Source: Treponemataceae bacterium (GTDB lineage: Bacteria > Spirochaetota > Spirochaetia > Treponematales > Rectinemataceae). Taken from it: DNA of 64,000 nucleotides. The position numbers were made by a program, and so were the translations under genes. The stretch is from contig CAXXHO010000003.1 of NCBI GenBank assembly GCA_963667725.2, positions 640,001 through 704,000 on the forward strand. The letters are read 5' to 3'. Below the pieces are notes generated by a model, which was given only the letters and a program-made list of their open reading frames with translations, was not told the DNA's origin and did no database searches. Position 1 is the first letter of the stretch, and every line of letters begins with the position of its first letter. Below are positions 19,513 through 28,129 of the stretch, one piece after another.

Positions 19513-19731
19513 CGGCGGCTCCTTTGAAACGCATGATGGAAAACCGCAAGCGGTGAGAACTGCCCGCGGCTCGAATAGTATACGACGCATTCCGGAAATT
19601 TTACAGGGCAATTTCCTCGCTGTTGGAGCTGTGCCTTCCTAAGGTTCGACAGATACTTCCGAACCGTCGATATCGAAGTGGTAGCTTCTATACCCTGAGT
19701 TCTTTCTGGTCATGAGCATGGCTGGTGGCTA

Positions 19732-19760
19732 TTTACATATATATTGGCAAATGCTAATAT
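19732..19760 (+). promoter_or_regulatory. Promoter with palindromic operator (island site A)
   Basis: TTTACA-N17-TAATAT overlapping ATATTG-GCAAATGC-TAATAT (19741-19760). Confidence 0.6.
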
Positions 19761-19786
19761 CAATACAATTATTAAGAGGCTCTACA

Positions 19787-20224
19787 ATGGGAATTGAACA
19801 AGATAAGAACGACAACAATCAGACTACCTTTAGCGGCCCGATTCTCTATTATACGGATAGGGTAATCGATCATTTTACGCATCCACGTAATATCGGCGAA
19901 AAATCCGATGAGAAGGCTGATGGCTATGCCCAGATCGGTGATCCCGGATGCGGTGATCAGATGAAGCTATGGTTTTCCGTATCTGAAGGAAGAATCTGTC
20001 AAATCGCTTTCAAATCCTATGGCTGTCCCGGAGCCATTGCCACGAGCAGCATGCTGACCGTTCTCGCGCAAGGGAAGACAATCGAGGAGGCCATGAATAT
20101 CACCGATGATGATGTCGTGAACGCGCTTGGAGGGATCCCCGAAAACAAGAAGCACTGTTCTCTCCTCGGCGTCCAGGCGCTTCAGGCGGCTATTGCGCGT
20201 TACAAAAGTCGTCTGCAAATCTAA
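19787..20224 (+). CDS. IscU/NifU_N-like Fe-S cluster scaffold
   Basis: DHFTHPRNIG, GDPGCGD, FKSYGC, HCSLL: three conserved Cys. Confidence 0.88.
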   Translation: MGIEQDKNDNNQTTFSGPILYYTDRVIDHFTHPRNIGEKSDEKADGYAQIGDPGCGDQMKLWFSVSEGRICQIAFKSYGCPGAIATSSMLTVLAQGKTIEEAMNITDDDVVNALGGIPENKKHCSLLGVQALQAAIARYKSRLQI

Positions 20225-20237
20225 TGGAAGAACCTGC

Positions 20238-20738
20238 TTATAATCGCAGGAAATCAACTGCCGACCAATCGATCTTGCCTTCGGCATCGACCAGGTTCGC
20301 GTCGGCATGGACATATTCGACTTTTCCTACGAACATTTCATGCGAGCCTGTGCATAGCGAGTCGACAACTGTACACTCAATTGATACCGGGCTGTCGAGG
20401 AGAACCGGCGCGTTGACCTTAATGCCATCTCCCAGCGGTATCCCAAGTTTTTCTAGCTTGTTCTCGTCGCGACCGCTGTGGGATCCAAGGTATTGGAATG
20501 TCCCCTTCATCGACGCGGAGACGAGATTCACCACGAAGACGCCTGTTTTTTTGATTATTGAGTAAGAATGGCGCGAAGGAACGATGCCCACCATCACCAT
20601 GGGCGGATCATAGCTGCAGTTGCAGCAGTAGACGACGGCGAGCGCGTTGTTCCTGCCGTCCGAATCCCGGCACGATACGAGAATGGGAGTCTTAGGATTG
20701 AGGACTGAACGGAACGCGGCTGGTTTTTTTTCTTTCAT
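20238..20738 (-). CDS. Flavin reductase-like (flavoredoxin) protein
   Basis: PPMVMVGI.PSRHSY..IKKTG.FVVN, GSHSGRD, IEC.V, GSHEMFVGKV. Confidence 0.85.
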   Translation of the reverse strand: MKEKKPAAFRSVLNPKTPILVSCRDSDGRNNALAVVYCCNCSYDPPMVMVGIVPSRHSYSIIKKTGVFVVNLVSASMKGTFQYLGSHSGRDENKLEKLGIPLGDGIKVNAPVLLDSPVSIECTVVDSLCTGSHEMFVGKVEYVHADANLVDAEGKIDWSAVDFLRL

Positions 20739-20774
20739 GACCAAGGCTCCTTTATGCGTCATCGATGATGCGGT

Positions 20775-21767
20775 TTACGAAGCGCGCCAAGATATTTTTC
20801 CATTATGAACAATTTCGATAATTTTGCCAGAGTCTCTGAGATTTTGGAGAACAGAGTCCAGATTGGTGACACCTCTATGGGCAAGAAGGTTTCGCAGCTC
20901 TCCATCGGTCATAGGATGACGCCGGAGTATGCATGCCGCTGCAAGGAGCGGATCGTTCTCTCCTTCCGCCGAAAAACCGCCATAGCCTTTGGATGGGTGG
21001 AGGACGGTCGCGCTGCTTCCCAGTATCTTCTGAGCCCGCGCGATTCCTTCCTCGTCGCTGGGGCGAACCCAGGGCTCCGCGGGCGGGCGTGTCGGCAAGA
21101 CAAGATGGATCTCATCGGGACCAATCCGCTTGATTACTTCCGACAGATTTTCAAGGGAAGCCTCATCATCGTTGATTCCGGCGATCAGCATAACTTCGAG
21201 CCATAATCTTCCCGTGAACTCGCTTCCGAACGCGACGAGTCCCTCGACATGTCGTTCGAAATCGAAATCAGGGAGAGGGCGGTTAATCCGCCGAAAGAGC
21301 GCTGCGCTTCCAGCGTCCAATGTCGGCAGCACAGCGTCCGCCGCGGAAAGATCTTCCCGTACCTCACTCAGGCTCAACAGGGAGCCATTCGTGATGACGG
21401 CGACAGGCAGCGAGGTCATAACCTTGACCACCCTGATCATCGTTCCAATATCGCGGTTGAGCGAAGGCTCGCCTGATCCGACGAAGGTTATCCAATCGAT
21501 GTCTTCTGCCGATTCCGAGTGTAAAGCTGCTCGCAATTCCTCATACATCATCTCTGGAGGAAAGTACGAGGAACGCGATTTCGTATAAGGCCTTGTCCGG
21601 CCCAGCTGACAATAGACGCAGTTCCAGTTGCAGAATTTGAGAATGGAAAGGTCGGAGCCACCGTAGATCCCTTGAGGGGGAGATGATGCTTCTTTCCTGG
21701 ATATCGGATCTATGCCAAGTGACCGACCAAGGCGACGAGAAGGGACGGGACCAAAAATGCAATGCAA
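20775..21767 (-). CDS. Radical SAM protein of unknown function
   Basis: FGPVPSRRLGRSLGID, CNWNCVYC, GSGEP, ITNGSLL; TTG start. Confidence 0.88.
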   Translation of the reverse strand: MHCIFGPVPSRRLGRSLGIDPISRKEASSPPQGIYGGSDLSILKFCNWNCVYCQLGRTRPYTKSRSSYFPPEMMYEELRAALHSESAEDIDWITFVGSGEPSLNRDIGTMIRVVKVMTSLPVAVITNGSLLSLSEVREDLSAADAVLPTLDAGSAALFRRINRPLPDFDFERHVEGLVAFGSEFTGRLWLEVMLIAGINDDEASLENLSEVIKRIGPDEIHLVLPTRPPAEPWVRPSDEEGIARAQKILGSSATVLHPSKGYGGFSAEGENDPLLAAACILRRHPMTDGELRNLLAHRGVTNLDSVLQNLRDSGKIIEIVHNGKISWRAS

Positions 21768-21779
21768 GTCCTGGCCTGT

Positions 21780-21995
21780 TTACGCTTGCTTTACTTCATC
21801 GCCATCAGAATTTTTACTGTCTTTCGATGATGGCGCTGCAGCGCTTTTATTCCCATGACCGTGACCAAGTCCATTTTTGGCACCGTGTCTTTGTCCACGA
21901 ACAAGAGCTTTCACGGGATCGCCAGCACAAGGTCCCAGCCCCTTGCCTGTTTTCTTTCCAGCACCAGCGGGACCACTCCCGTCAGAATTGGGCAT
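21780..21995 (-). CDS. Small DUF5320-like Gly-rich protein
   Basis: MPNSDGSGPAGAGKKTGKGLGPC; GGAGG RBS; paralogous to 25230-25613. Confidence 0.7.
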   Translation of the reverse strand: MPNSDGSGPAGAGKKTGKGLGPCAGDPVKALVRGQRHGAKNGLGHGHGNKSAAAPSSKDSKNSDGDEVKQA

Positions 21996-22069
21996 ATATA
22001 CCTCCGAGCGGCTAAAGATACTGAGCGCGTCAACGACGCACATCACACATGTTCGGCATCACCTAATAC

Positions 22070-22098
22070 AAAATAAGCATATGCTAATAATAAATCAA
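22070..22098 (-). promoter_or_regulatory. Promoter with palindromic operator (island site B)
   Basis: Minus strand TTGATT-N17-TATTTT with GCATATGC (22077-22084) in the spacer. Confidence 0.6.
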
Positions 22099-22155
22099 TG
22101 ATTCTCATCATTTCTCAGGGCAACAATTGATATGCTATGTATATGAAAACGAAAA

Positions 22156-22494
22156 TTAGTGCGTACAGAGATTTTTACCGGTGACAAGCGTGTTTTCAAG
22201 GAAGAGCTTTACGATTTTTTCCGCTGTCTCCCCCGGTGCCCCCGCAATGACTTCGATATTGTTCTGTACGAAGAGATTGATGGCGTTTTCGCCCATGCCT
22301 CCAGCAATGACATGAGTGATGCCAAGTTTTGCGAGCCAAGAGGGGTAGAGTCCCGGTTCGTGGGGAGGCGCGACGATCTCTTCTTGTGAGAGAATAGCCC
22401 TGGTGGCTGAGTCGACGGTGATAATTGCGAAGCGTTCACAATGGCCGAAATGAGGCGTAAGATTTCCATTTAGAAGAGGAATTGCTATCTTCAT
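22156..22494 (-). CDS. NifB/NifX-family (FeMo-cofactor binding/ORP-like) protein
   Basis: MKIAIP, HFGHC..F, PPHEPG, AGGMG, C-terminal NLCTH; AAGGAG RBS. Confidence 0.87.
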   Translation of the reverse strand: MKIAIPLLNGNLTPHFGHCERFAIITVDSATRAILSQEEIVAPPHEPGLYPSWLAKLGITHVIAGGMGENAINLFVQNNIEVIAGAPGETAEKIVKLFLENTLVTGKNLCTH

Positions 22495-22504
22495 AGTGTC
22501 TCCT

Positions 22505-23089
22505 TTATAAAGCATAGGTAGAGAAGCGTACGATTGCGGCAGATAGTCCTGACGCCATACATACATCACTTCTCCCGTGGATAAGGCCTCCGCCCACCAT
22601 GACCGCTTTCTTTATCTTTCCCTCATCCCGGACTGAACGTAGGAAGTCAGCGTCCTTCATGGATTGGAGCGTTGTTATACCCTTGAGTCCGATCCCGGGC
22701 ACCGGAGGCATCTTTGCGATCGCGCCGGTGGCGAGTATGAGCTTGTCATAGCCAATCGTTGTGGTTTCTTCGGTTAGGAGGTTTTTATAGGTTACCGTAT
22801 GACTATGGGGGTCGATGCTCGTCGCTTCGCTGTTCGTTCGGGCGTCGATTGCCTTGGCGTTGAGATAGAATTTCGGATTCCTGACGACGCCCGCCGGCGT
22901 GCAGAGAAGCTGATCCCTGTCGTCGAAAGCGCCTCCAACGTAATATGGATAGCCACATGACGCCATCGAAAGATCAGCCCCTTTCTGAAGGACAATGATG
23001 TCGGCGCTTTCGTCCAGTCGCCTCGCCTTGGCCGCGGCCTTGGGGCCGGCCGCCGATCCGCCGATGACCACGATTTGTTTCTTGCTCAT
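22505..23089 (-). pseudogene. Truncated CoA-disulfide reductase/NADH oxidase-family flavoprotein
   Basis: IGGSAAG, SCGYPYY, LILATGA are present, but homology stops at VMVGGGLI (NAD-binding motif) after about 170 aa; the family is normally over 440 aa. Confidence 0.75.
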
Positions 23090-23108
23090 TGTGTTCTCCC
23101 GCATGATT

Positions 23109-23423
23109 TTATTTCGAGGGGACGATGACATCCGCCATCGCCTCTCCAAGAGCTTTTCCCGCTTCCGTGATCTCGACGCGAATGCCCGCGGCGCTTAAAG
23201 CCGCCGCCGCCTTGGGGCCTACCTCGGGCGCGATGAGAATGCCGACTCCTTTCTCTGTGAGGAAAGCCGCGGCGCCCGTGCCGGCGCCATGTTCGGCGTT
23301 GACGCCCTCGTTCGCGGCGATCACGTAGCTCGAGTCAGCGTCATTGTAAAGCGCGAAACTTTTCGCTCGGCCGAAGACCTTCCCGACGGTCTTCCCGTCG
23401 TCTGTCGGTAATGCGTATTTCAT
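23109..23423 (-). CDS. NifB/NifX-family (Orange protein-like) protein
   Basis: FGRAK.F, HGAGTGAA, VGPKA...L.AAGI. Confidence 0.82.
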   Translation of the reverse strand: MKYALPTDDGKTVGKVFGRAKSFALYNDADSSYVIAANEGVNAEHGAGTGAAAFLTEKGVGILIAPEVGPKAAAALSAAGIRVEITEAGKALGEAMADVIVPSK

Positions 23424-24352
23424 AATGTCTCCTTTGGGATTACGACATTCAGCTTTTTGCGTTGCATGGATAAAACAACTCCCTTGACAGCTTCGATTGT
23501 AGCTTTGACCTGATCGCCCGCCTCTCCTCCAATCGAAAGCCAGGTGTTCCCCGACTCCTCGGCAGCCCTCAGCGCCGGATCGAAGGGTAATTCGCCTGCG
23601 AGAGGGATGCCGGCTTCCGCGAGCATGATCCGGGCTTTGGAGTCCATATCGGCGCTGAGGCCAGTCTTGTTCATGATGGCGATGGCTTTTCTCTTCATGG
23701 AATGAACGAGGGCGACGAGCCGCCGCGCGTCCTTGATACCCGATACGCTGGCTTCCACCACGATGATGACGAGGTTAGCGCCGCTCAACGAGGCGATGAC
23801 GGGGCAGCCAATTCCGGGCGCGGAATCGACTACAATGACACTGGCCTCGCCGGCTAATTGCTCGGCGCGATCACGGACAACCCGGACGAGCTTGCCGCTC
23901 GTGTCCTCTCCCGGCTCAAGTTCGGCGAACACCAGGGTCGGTCCCCGCGCCGTGTCCGCTACATAGAACTCACCGGCTTGTTTTTCGTACATGGTGACGG
24001 CGCCTTTGGGGCAGGTGTCCAGACAAGCGCCGCAGCGCTCACAGAGTTGGGGCACTATGACATAGGATTGCCTATCGGCGGATTTTCGGATCGCGTCGAA
24101 GCGGCACGCCTGGACGCAACGCCCACAGGCAGTGCAGGCATTGGCTTTGATTGAGAACCCAGGTCCCGCAAAGTAGGGGAATCGTTCCCTTTCCTTCGCA
24201 TCCAGGGCGATCGCTCCATTGGCGGCATCCACGTCGCAGTCGGCAAAGATGCACTTTTCCCCCGGTATAGCCGCGATAGCCACGGCGAGCGCGGCCGCGA
24301 TCGAGGTCTTGCCGGCTCCGCCCTTTCCACTCGCCACACTCACCGTCGTCAT
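23420..24352 (-). CDS. MinD-superfamily P-loop ATPase with inserted 2x[4Fe-4S] ferredoxin (COG1149 type)
   Basis: SGKGGAGKT, DCDVDA, CTACGRCVQAC, CERCGACLDTCP, SGKLV, DSAPGIGCPV; ATGA overlap at 24349-24352. Confidence 0.88.
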   Translation of the reverse strand: MTTVSVASGKGGAGKTSIAAALAVAIAAIPGEKCIFADCDVDAANGAIALDAKERERFPYFAGPGFSIKANACTACGRCVQACRFDAIRKSADRQSYVIVPQLCERCGACLDTCPKGAVTMYEKQAGEFYVADTARGPTLVFAELEPGEDTSGKLVRVVRDRAEQLAGEASVIVVDSAPGIGCPVIASLSGANLVIIVVEASVSGIKDARRLVALVHSMKRKAIAIMNKTGLSADMDSKARIMLAEAGIPLAGELPFDPALRAAEESGNTWLSIGGEAGDQVKATIEAVKGVVLSMQRKKLNVVIPKETL

Positions 24353-25233
24353 GCTGGTGCCGTCCATGAAACACCATCCAGCACAGTGGCGACGATCTTG
24401 TCCATTTCGTTCATGAAGGAGGCGTCGTTGCTCCAGAGCGCGGCTGACGCCCCCGACTCCGCGCGCGAACGCAGAAAGGCGATTCGCCCGATCACGGGAA
24501 CGGATTTTTCGGCGCAGAACCCCGCGATATCGACGCTTCCGAAGCCATCCTTGTTTATGACGACCCCGGTTGGTATGTCGCGGCTTTTCGTCAGCTTTAT
24601 CGCAGCGCCGAGATCATGGAGGGAAAACTCGGTAGGTTCAGCGACGAGAATCACATAATCGGCGCCCTCGATCGAATGCGTAGCCGGACAGGAGACTCCA
24701 GGCGGGCAATCTCGTACCTGGATCGCCGCGTCGCATACGGGCGCTCGACGTTTTGCCGCCTCGATGACGGCCGTGGATCGTATGTCGCCTACCTCCATTC
24801 GCCCTTCGAGAATGTGGAGTCCTTCTGTCATAAAAAAGGAAGTGCGGCCGACGGTCGCTTTTATTTCACCCAGCGCCGACGCGGGACAAACCGAGACACA
24901 GCGTCCACAGCCTTTGCACAGTTCTCCGCTTATTGAAACTACGCCGCCTAGGACTACAATCGCCCCGAACCGACAGGACTTGGCGCAAAGTCCGCAGCCC
25001 GTACATCGCTCCGAGAGAAGAGAAGGAATGGGGACCTTAACCGGTTCAGCCTCTCCGAGAAGCTTGGCGGCCTGAAAATAGCCGATGACGTCAGGCGCCT
25101 CGACGTCGAGGTCGACGAGCAGCGTCTTGCGGGAGCGGGCGAACGCGAGGGCAAGGTGGGCAGCTACTGTTGTCTTGCCGGTGCCGCCCTTGCCACTCGC
25201 AATGGCAATCACCGTCGCCTGCGGTTTGCTCAC
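24349..25233 (-). CDS. MinD-superfamily P-loop ATPase with inserted 2x[4Fe-4S] ferredoxin (COG1149 type)
   Basis: SGKGGTGKTT, DLDVEAP, CTGCGLCAKSC, CKGCGRCVSVCP, DCPPGVSCP, EPTEFSLHDL. Confidence 0.88.
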   Translation of the reverse strand: MSKPQATVIAIASGKGGTGKTTVAAHLALAFARSRKTLLVDLDVEAPDVIGYFQAAKLLGEAEPVKVPIPSLLSERCTGCGLCAKSCRFGAIVVLGGVVSISGELCKGCGRCVSVCPASALGEIKATVGRTSFFMTEGLHILEGRMEVGDIRSTAVIEAAKRRAPVCDAAIQVRDCPPGVSCPATHSIEGADYVILVAEPTEFSLHDLGAAIKLTKSRDIPTGVVINKDGFGSVDIAGFCAEKSVPVIGRIAFLRSRAESGASAALWSNDASFMNEMDKIVATVLDGVSWTAPA

Positions 25234-25613
25234 ATTTCCGCTTCTTTGTTTGTCTGAGCGGCTTCGCTTACGGGTTTGCCACCGAGGAGAGCCTCGGTTC
25301 TGCCTAGTTCGGCTAGGAGAAAAGCCCTCTTCTGTTCAAGGATATGGTTCATATCCGCGCCAGCAGTTATTCCGTCGTAGCCGACGGAAAACCAACCGGC
25401 TCCCCTGCCTAGACCGTGTCCATAGCCGGCCTTACAACCGCAGCCAGGACCGTTGCCGCGCCCCATGCCGCGTCTTGGGCCGTTGCCCATACCATTGCCG
25501 ATGCCACGCACATTGCGTGATCCCATCATAGCGGCGCCGCCGCCACAAAAACCAAGTCCTCTCCCTGTCATCGGTCCAGCTCCTTCGGGTCCTCTTCCAT
25601 TGTAATTAGGCAT
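25230..25613 (-). CDS. DUF5320-family protein
   Basis: MPNYNGRGPEGAGPMTGRGLGFC, Gly/Arg-rich middle, C-terminal coiled-coil-like LEQKRAFLLAEL; GGAGG RBS. Confidence 0.8.
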   Translation of the reverse strand: MPNYNGRGPEGAGPMTGRGLGFCGGGAAMMGSRNVRGIGNGMGNGPRRGMGRGNGPGCGCKAGYGHGLGRGAGWFSVGYDGITAGADMNHILEQKRAFLLAELGRTEALLGGKPVSEAAQTNKEAEM

Positions 25614-25697
25614 ATCAGCCTCCATATTGAAAAATTTAAATAGCGCCAACGGCGCATGCTTGTCATAAATAGCCAATGCTAATTACCTTATATGACG

Positions 25698-25726
25698 ATA
25701 ATAGGCATATGCTCATAATATGTCAA
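25698..25726 (-). promoter_or_regulatory. Promoter with palindromic operator (island site C)
   Basis: Minus strand TTGACA-N17-TATTAT with GCATATGC (25705-25712) in the spacer. Confidence 0.7.
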
Positions 25727-25794
25727 GTCCTTTTTGCTTTTTCTTGTGAGGCGGCGGAGGCCTTATACCCTAGTATGCGGAAAGAAATGATGAA

Positions 25795-26241
25795 TCAATC
25801 GTAGGCTGCTCGAGTCTTTTCATCGACTATAGTGGGCGCGAGGCGTGATTTCCACTCCGAAGCCCTCCATGTTCCAAGGCGTTCGTGGATAGTGAGATAT
25901 TTGGCGGGAATGGGGTGGGTACCGATAATGACTTTCAGCTTATAACGCTCTTCCATGAAATGAACAAAATGATCGATGCTGGGGCAGGGCGGGTACCCCA
26001 CGAGCAACCCCGTGGCGAGGTGAATAACAGAGATGCCGTTCTTCGCCATTTCCTCTCCGGCATATTCGATATTCCCTCCAGGGCAGCCCCCGCAGCTCGT
26101 ATAGCCGGCGATTTCCACATTCATGTCTTTATAGATGGAGAAAGCGCCTTCCCTGTTCTTAAATGCTCGGAAGCATTTCCCTCCCGCACAGTTTTTATAG
26201 CGATCACAGATGATGATGCCGATTTTCAATGTGTCTTCCAT
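25795..26241 (-). CDS. CGGC-domain protein
   Basis: CDRYKNCAGGKC, CGGCPG, IHLATG, PPCP, GTH. Confidence 0.88.
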   Translation of the reverse strand: MEDTLKIGIIICDRYKNCAGGKCFRAFKNREGAFSIYKDMNVEIAGYTSCGGCPGGNIEYAGEEMAKNGISVIHLATGLLVGYPPCPSIDHFVHFMEERYKLKVIIGTHPIPAKYLTIHERLGTWRASEWKSRLAPTIVDEKTRAAYD

Positions 26242-26314
26242 GTTTTTCTCCTGTTGTCGAAATTAGGGTATGCTCACCGTAGATAATTGTCAAATGCTTG
26301 AAATATATGAAGAT

Positions 26315-26358
26315 TTGACAAAGAAAAAGGTATATTATATATTAGCATATGACTATAA
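26315..26358 (+). promoter_or_regulatory. Peroxiredoxin promoter with operator (island site D)
   Basis: TTGACA (26315)-N17-TATATT overlapping ATATTA-GCATATGA-CTATAA (26339-26358); back-to-back TTGACA on the minus strand (26293-26288) faces the CGGC gene. Confidence 0.62.
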
Positions 26359-26449
26359 TATTTCTTCAATAAACGCTGTTTTAGGTGTAAAGCAGGATGG
26401 TTCTTCCTATCAGCAATCTAAATATTTTGCCATAAAAGGAGTTTATAGT

Positions 26450-27178
26450 ATGGAAAACACTGTAGAAACAAAAATCGAAGCTATGCCCCGCATCGGCGAG
26501 AGGGCGCCCTCTTTCACCGCGGTCACCACACAGGGCGAGATCAAGTTTCCCGAGCAGTATGAGGGAAATTGGGTGATCCTTTTCAGCCATCCGGCCGATT
26601 TCACCCCTGTCTGTACCTCGGAATTCATGACCTTCGCCACGCTCGAGCCGAAATTCGACGAACTTGGCTGCAAGCTCGTCGGCCTCTCTGTCGACGGCCT
26701 CTACAGCCACATAGCGTGGCTGAGAACCATCAAGGAAAAAATTGACTACAAGGGCATGAAGAACGTCGAGGTAAAGTTTCCTCTCATCGAGGACATCAGC
26801 ATGGAGGTGGCGAAGAAATACGGCATGATCCAGCCGGGGGAGGCGACTACGAAGGCTGTTCGGGCTGTCTTCGTCATCGATCCCAAGGGAATCATCAGGA
26901 CAATCATCTATTACCCGCTCTCGCTTGGAAGAAATTTCGACGAGCTCATCCGTGTCGTCCAGGCTTTGAAGACCGCCGATGCTTTCGGCGTGGCCACCCC
27001 CGCCGACTGGCGCCCGGGCGACGATGCCATCGTGCCGACAGCCGGATCCTGCGGCGTCGCCAAGGACAGGATGGAAGGAAAGCAGGAGGGAGTGACTTGC
27101 CATGACTGGTTCTTCTGCACGAAGAAGCTCGAGAAGGCCGCCGTGCTCTCCGCTATAGGAAAAGGTTATAAGAAGTAA
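26450..27178 (+). CDS. Peroxiredoxin (Prx6/archaeal-type)
   Basis: FSHPADFTPVCTSEF, GRNFDE, TPADW, C-terminal CHDWFFC; AAGGAG RBS. Confidence 0.92.
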   Translation: MENTVETKIEAMPRIGERAPSFTAVTTQGEIKFPEQYEGNWVILFSHPADFTPVCTSEFMTFATLEPKFDELGCKLVGLSVDGLYSHIAWLRTIKEKIDYKGMKNVEVKFPLIEDISMEVAKKYGMIQPGEATTKAVRAVFVIDPKGIIRTIIYYPLSLGRNFDELIRVVQALKTADAFGVATPADWRPGDDAIVPTAGSCGVAKDRMEGKQEGVTCHDWFFCTKKLEKAAVLSAIGKGYKK

Positions 27179-27261
27179 AGAGATCGTCACCCTAGGCTGT
27201 TGATTGTGCATCGGGATTGACGCAACCTAGGTGTTTTATTCATGACAAAAGCTCTATCTGC

Positions 27262-27306
27262 TTGACTAATTTGTCAATTATCTTCATTATGAGCTTATGA
27301 CAATAA
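27262..27306 (+). promoter_or_regulatory. Promoter/operator (island site E) overlapping the MBL start codon
   Basis: TTGACT-N17-CATTAT ends 6 nt before ATG 27297; TTATGA-GCTTATGA-CAATAA (27287-27306) resembles site C. Confidence 0.5.
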
Positions 27307-28115
27307 CATCACTCATGGATGACTATTGCCCGAAACGCGGCTTTCGTGGAGAACATGGACTGTCGCTCTATATGGAAACGGCTGACATGAAGCTGCTTCT
27401 CGATACGGGGCAAACCGATGCCTTTGTTTCCAACGCACAAGCCTTGGGGATCGACTTTTCTTCCTTGGACGCTGTCGTCCTGAGCCATGGTCACTATGAT
27501 CATGGGGGAGGGCTCAAAGCCCTCTACGAAAGGCTTGCCGCAACCCCTCCGCCTCTTTTTGCCGGCAGAGGCTTCAATGCGCCACGGCGAGCCAGAAATG
27601 GAGACAGACTGACGGACATTGGTCTTCCGTCAGTGTTTCTGCCTGAACATTCGCCAGCCCCTATACTTCTCGATACATCGGAAAAGTTGGGAAGTAGTAC
27701 CTATATTCTTACGTGCGTGGAAAAGATAGATGGGAGTGAGGTTTCTCCCCGTTTTCGGGTTATTCAAGGAGGGGGCGAAACGCTTGACAGTTTTAATGAT
27801 GAGCTTTCTCTTGTTTTTAATGAAAGTGATGGAATCGTGATCGTGACAGGCTGCGCCCATAGGGGAATTTTAAACATTGCCCACGCGGCCATCCGGGCTT
27901 TTCCCGGCAAGGTGATCAAGGCACTTGTCGGAGGTTTTCATCTCGTGGATATATCTGATGAAGAGCTTGTTGAAATCGCGAAGTCGATTGCTTCCCTTGA
28001 GCCTCAAGCGGTTTTTTGCGCGCATTGTACTGGCCCCAGGGGCTTTTCGGCGCTTCTGAATAGTCTGCCCGGCAAAGTCGCGTGGCTCTCGTGCGGCATG
28101 AGCATTTCTATCTGA
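27297..28115 (+). CDS. Metallo-beta-lactamase fold hydrolase (COG1237 type)
   Basis: EHGLS, DTGQ, SHGHYDHGGGL, TGCAHRG, GGFHL, HCTG. Confidence 0.88.
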   Translation: MTITSLMDDYCPKRGFRGEHGLSLYMETADMKLLLDTGQTDAFVSNAQALGIDFSSLDAVVLSHGHYDHGGGLKALYERLAATPPPLFAGRGFNAPRRARNGDRLTDIGLPSVFLPEHSPAPILLDTSEKLGSSTYILTCVEKIDGSEVSPRFRVIQGGGETLDSFNDELSLVFNESDGIVIVTGCAHRGILNIAHAAIRAFPGKVIKALVGGFHLVDISDEELVEIAKSIASLEPQAVFCAHCTGPRGFSALLNSLPGKVAWLSCGMSISI

Positions 28116-28129
28116 CAAGGAGTAATTAT

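Noticed and set aside
19620..19730. att site or target-site duplication at the island edges (compared with 29633-29700)
   Set aside because: No matching direct or inverted repeats, tRNA or integrase found by eye
26260..26279. Sixth operator copy upstream of the CGGC gene (AAATTA-GGGTATGC-TCACCG)
   Set aside because: Only one half-site matches; too weak to count
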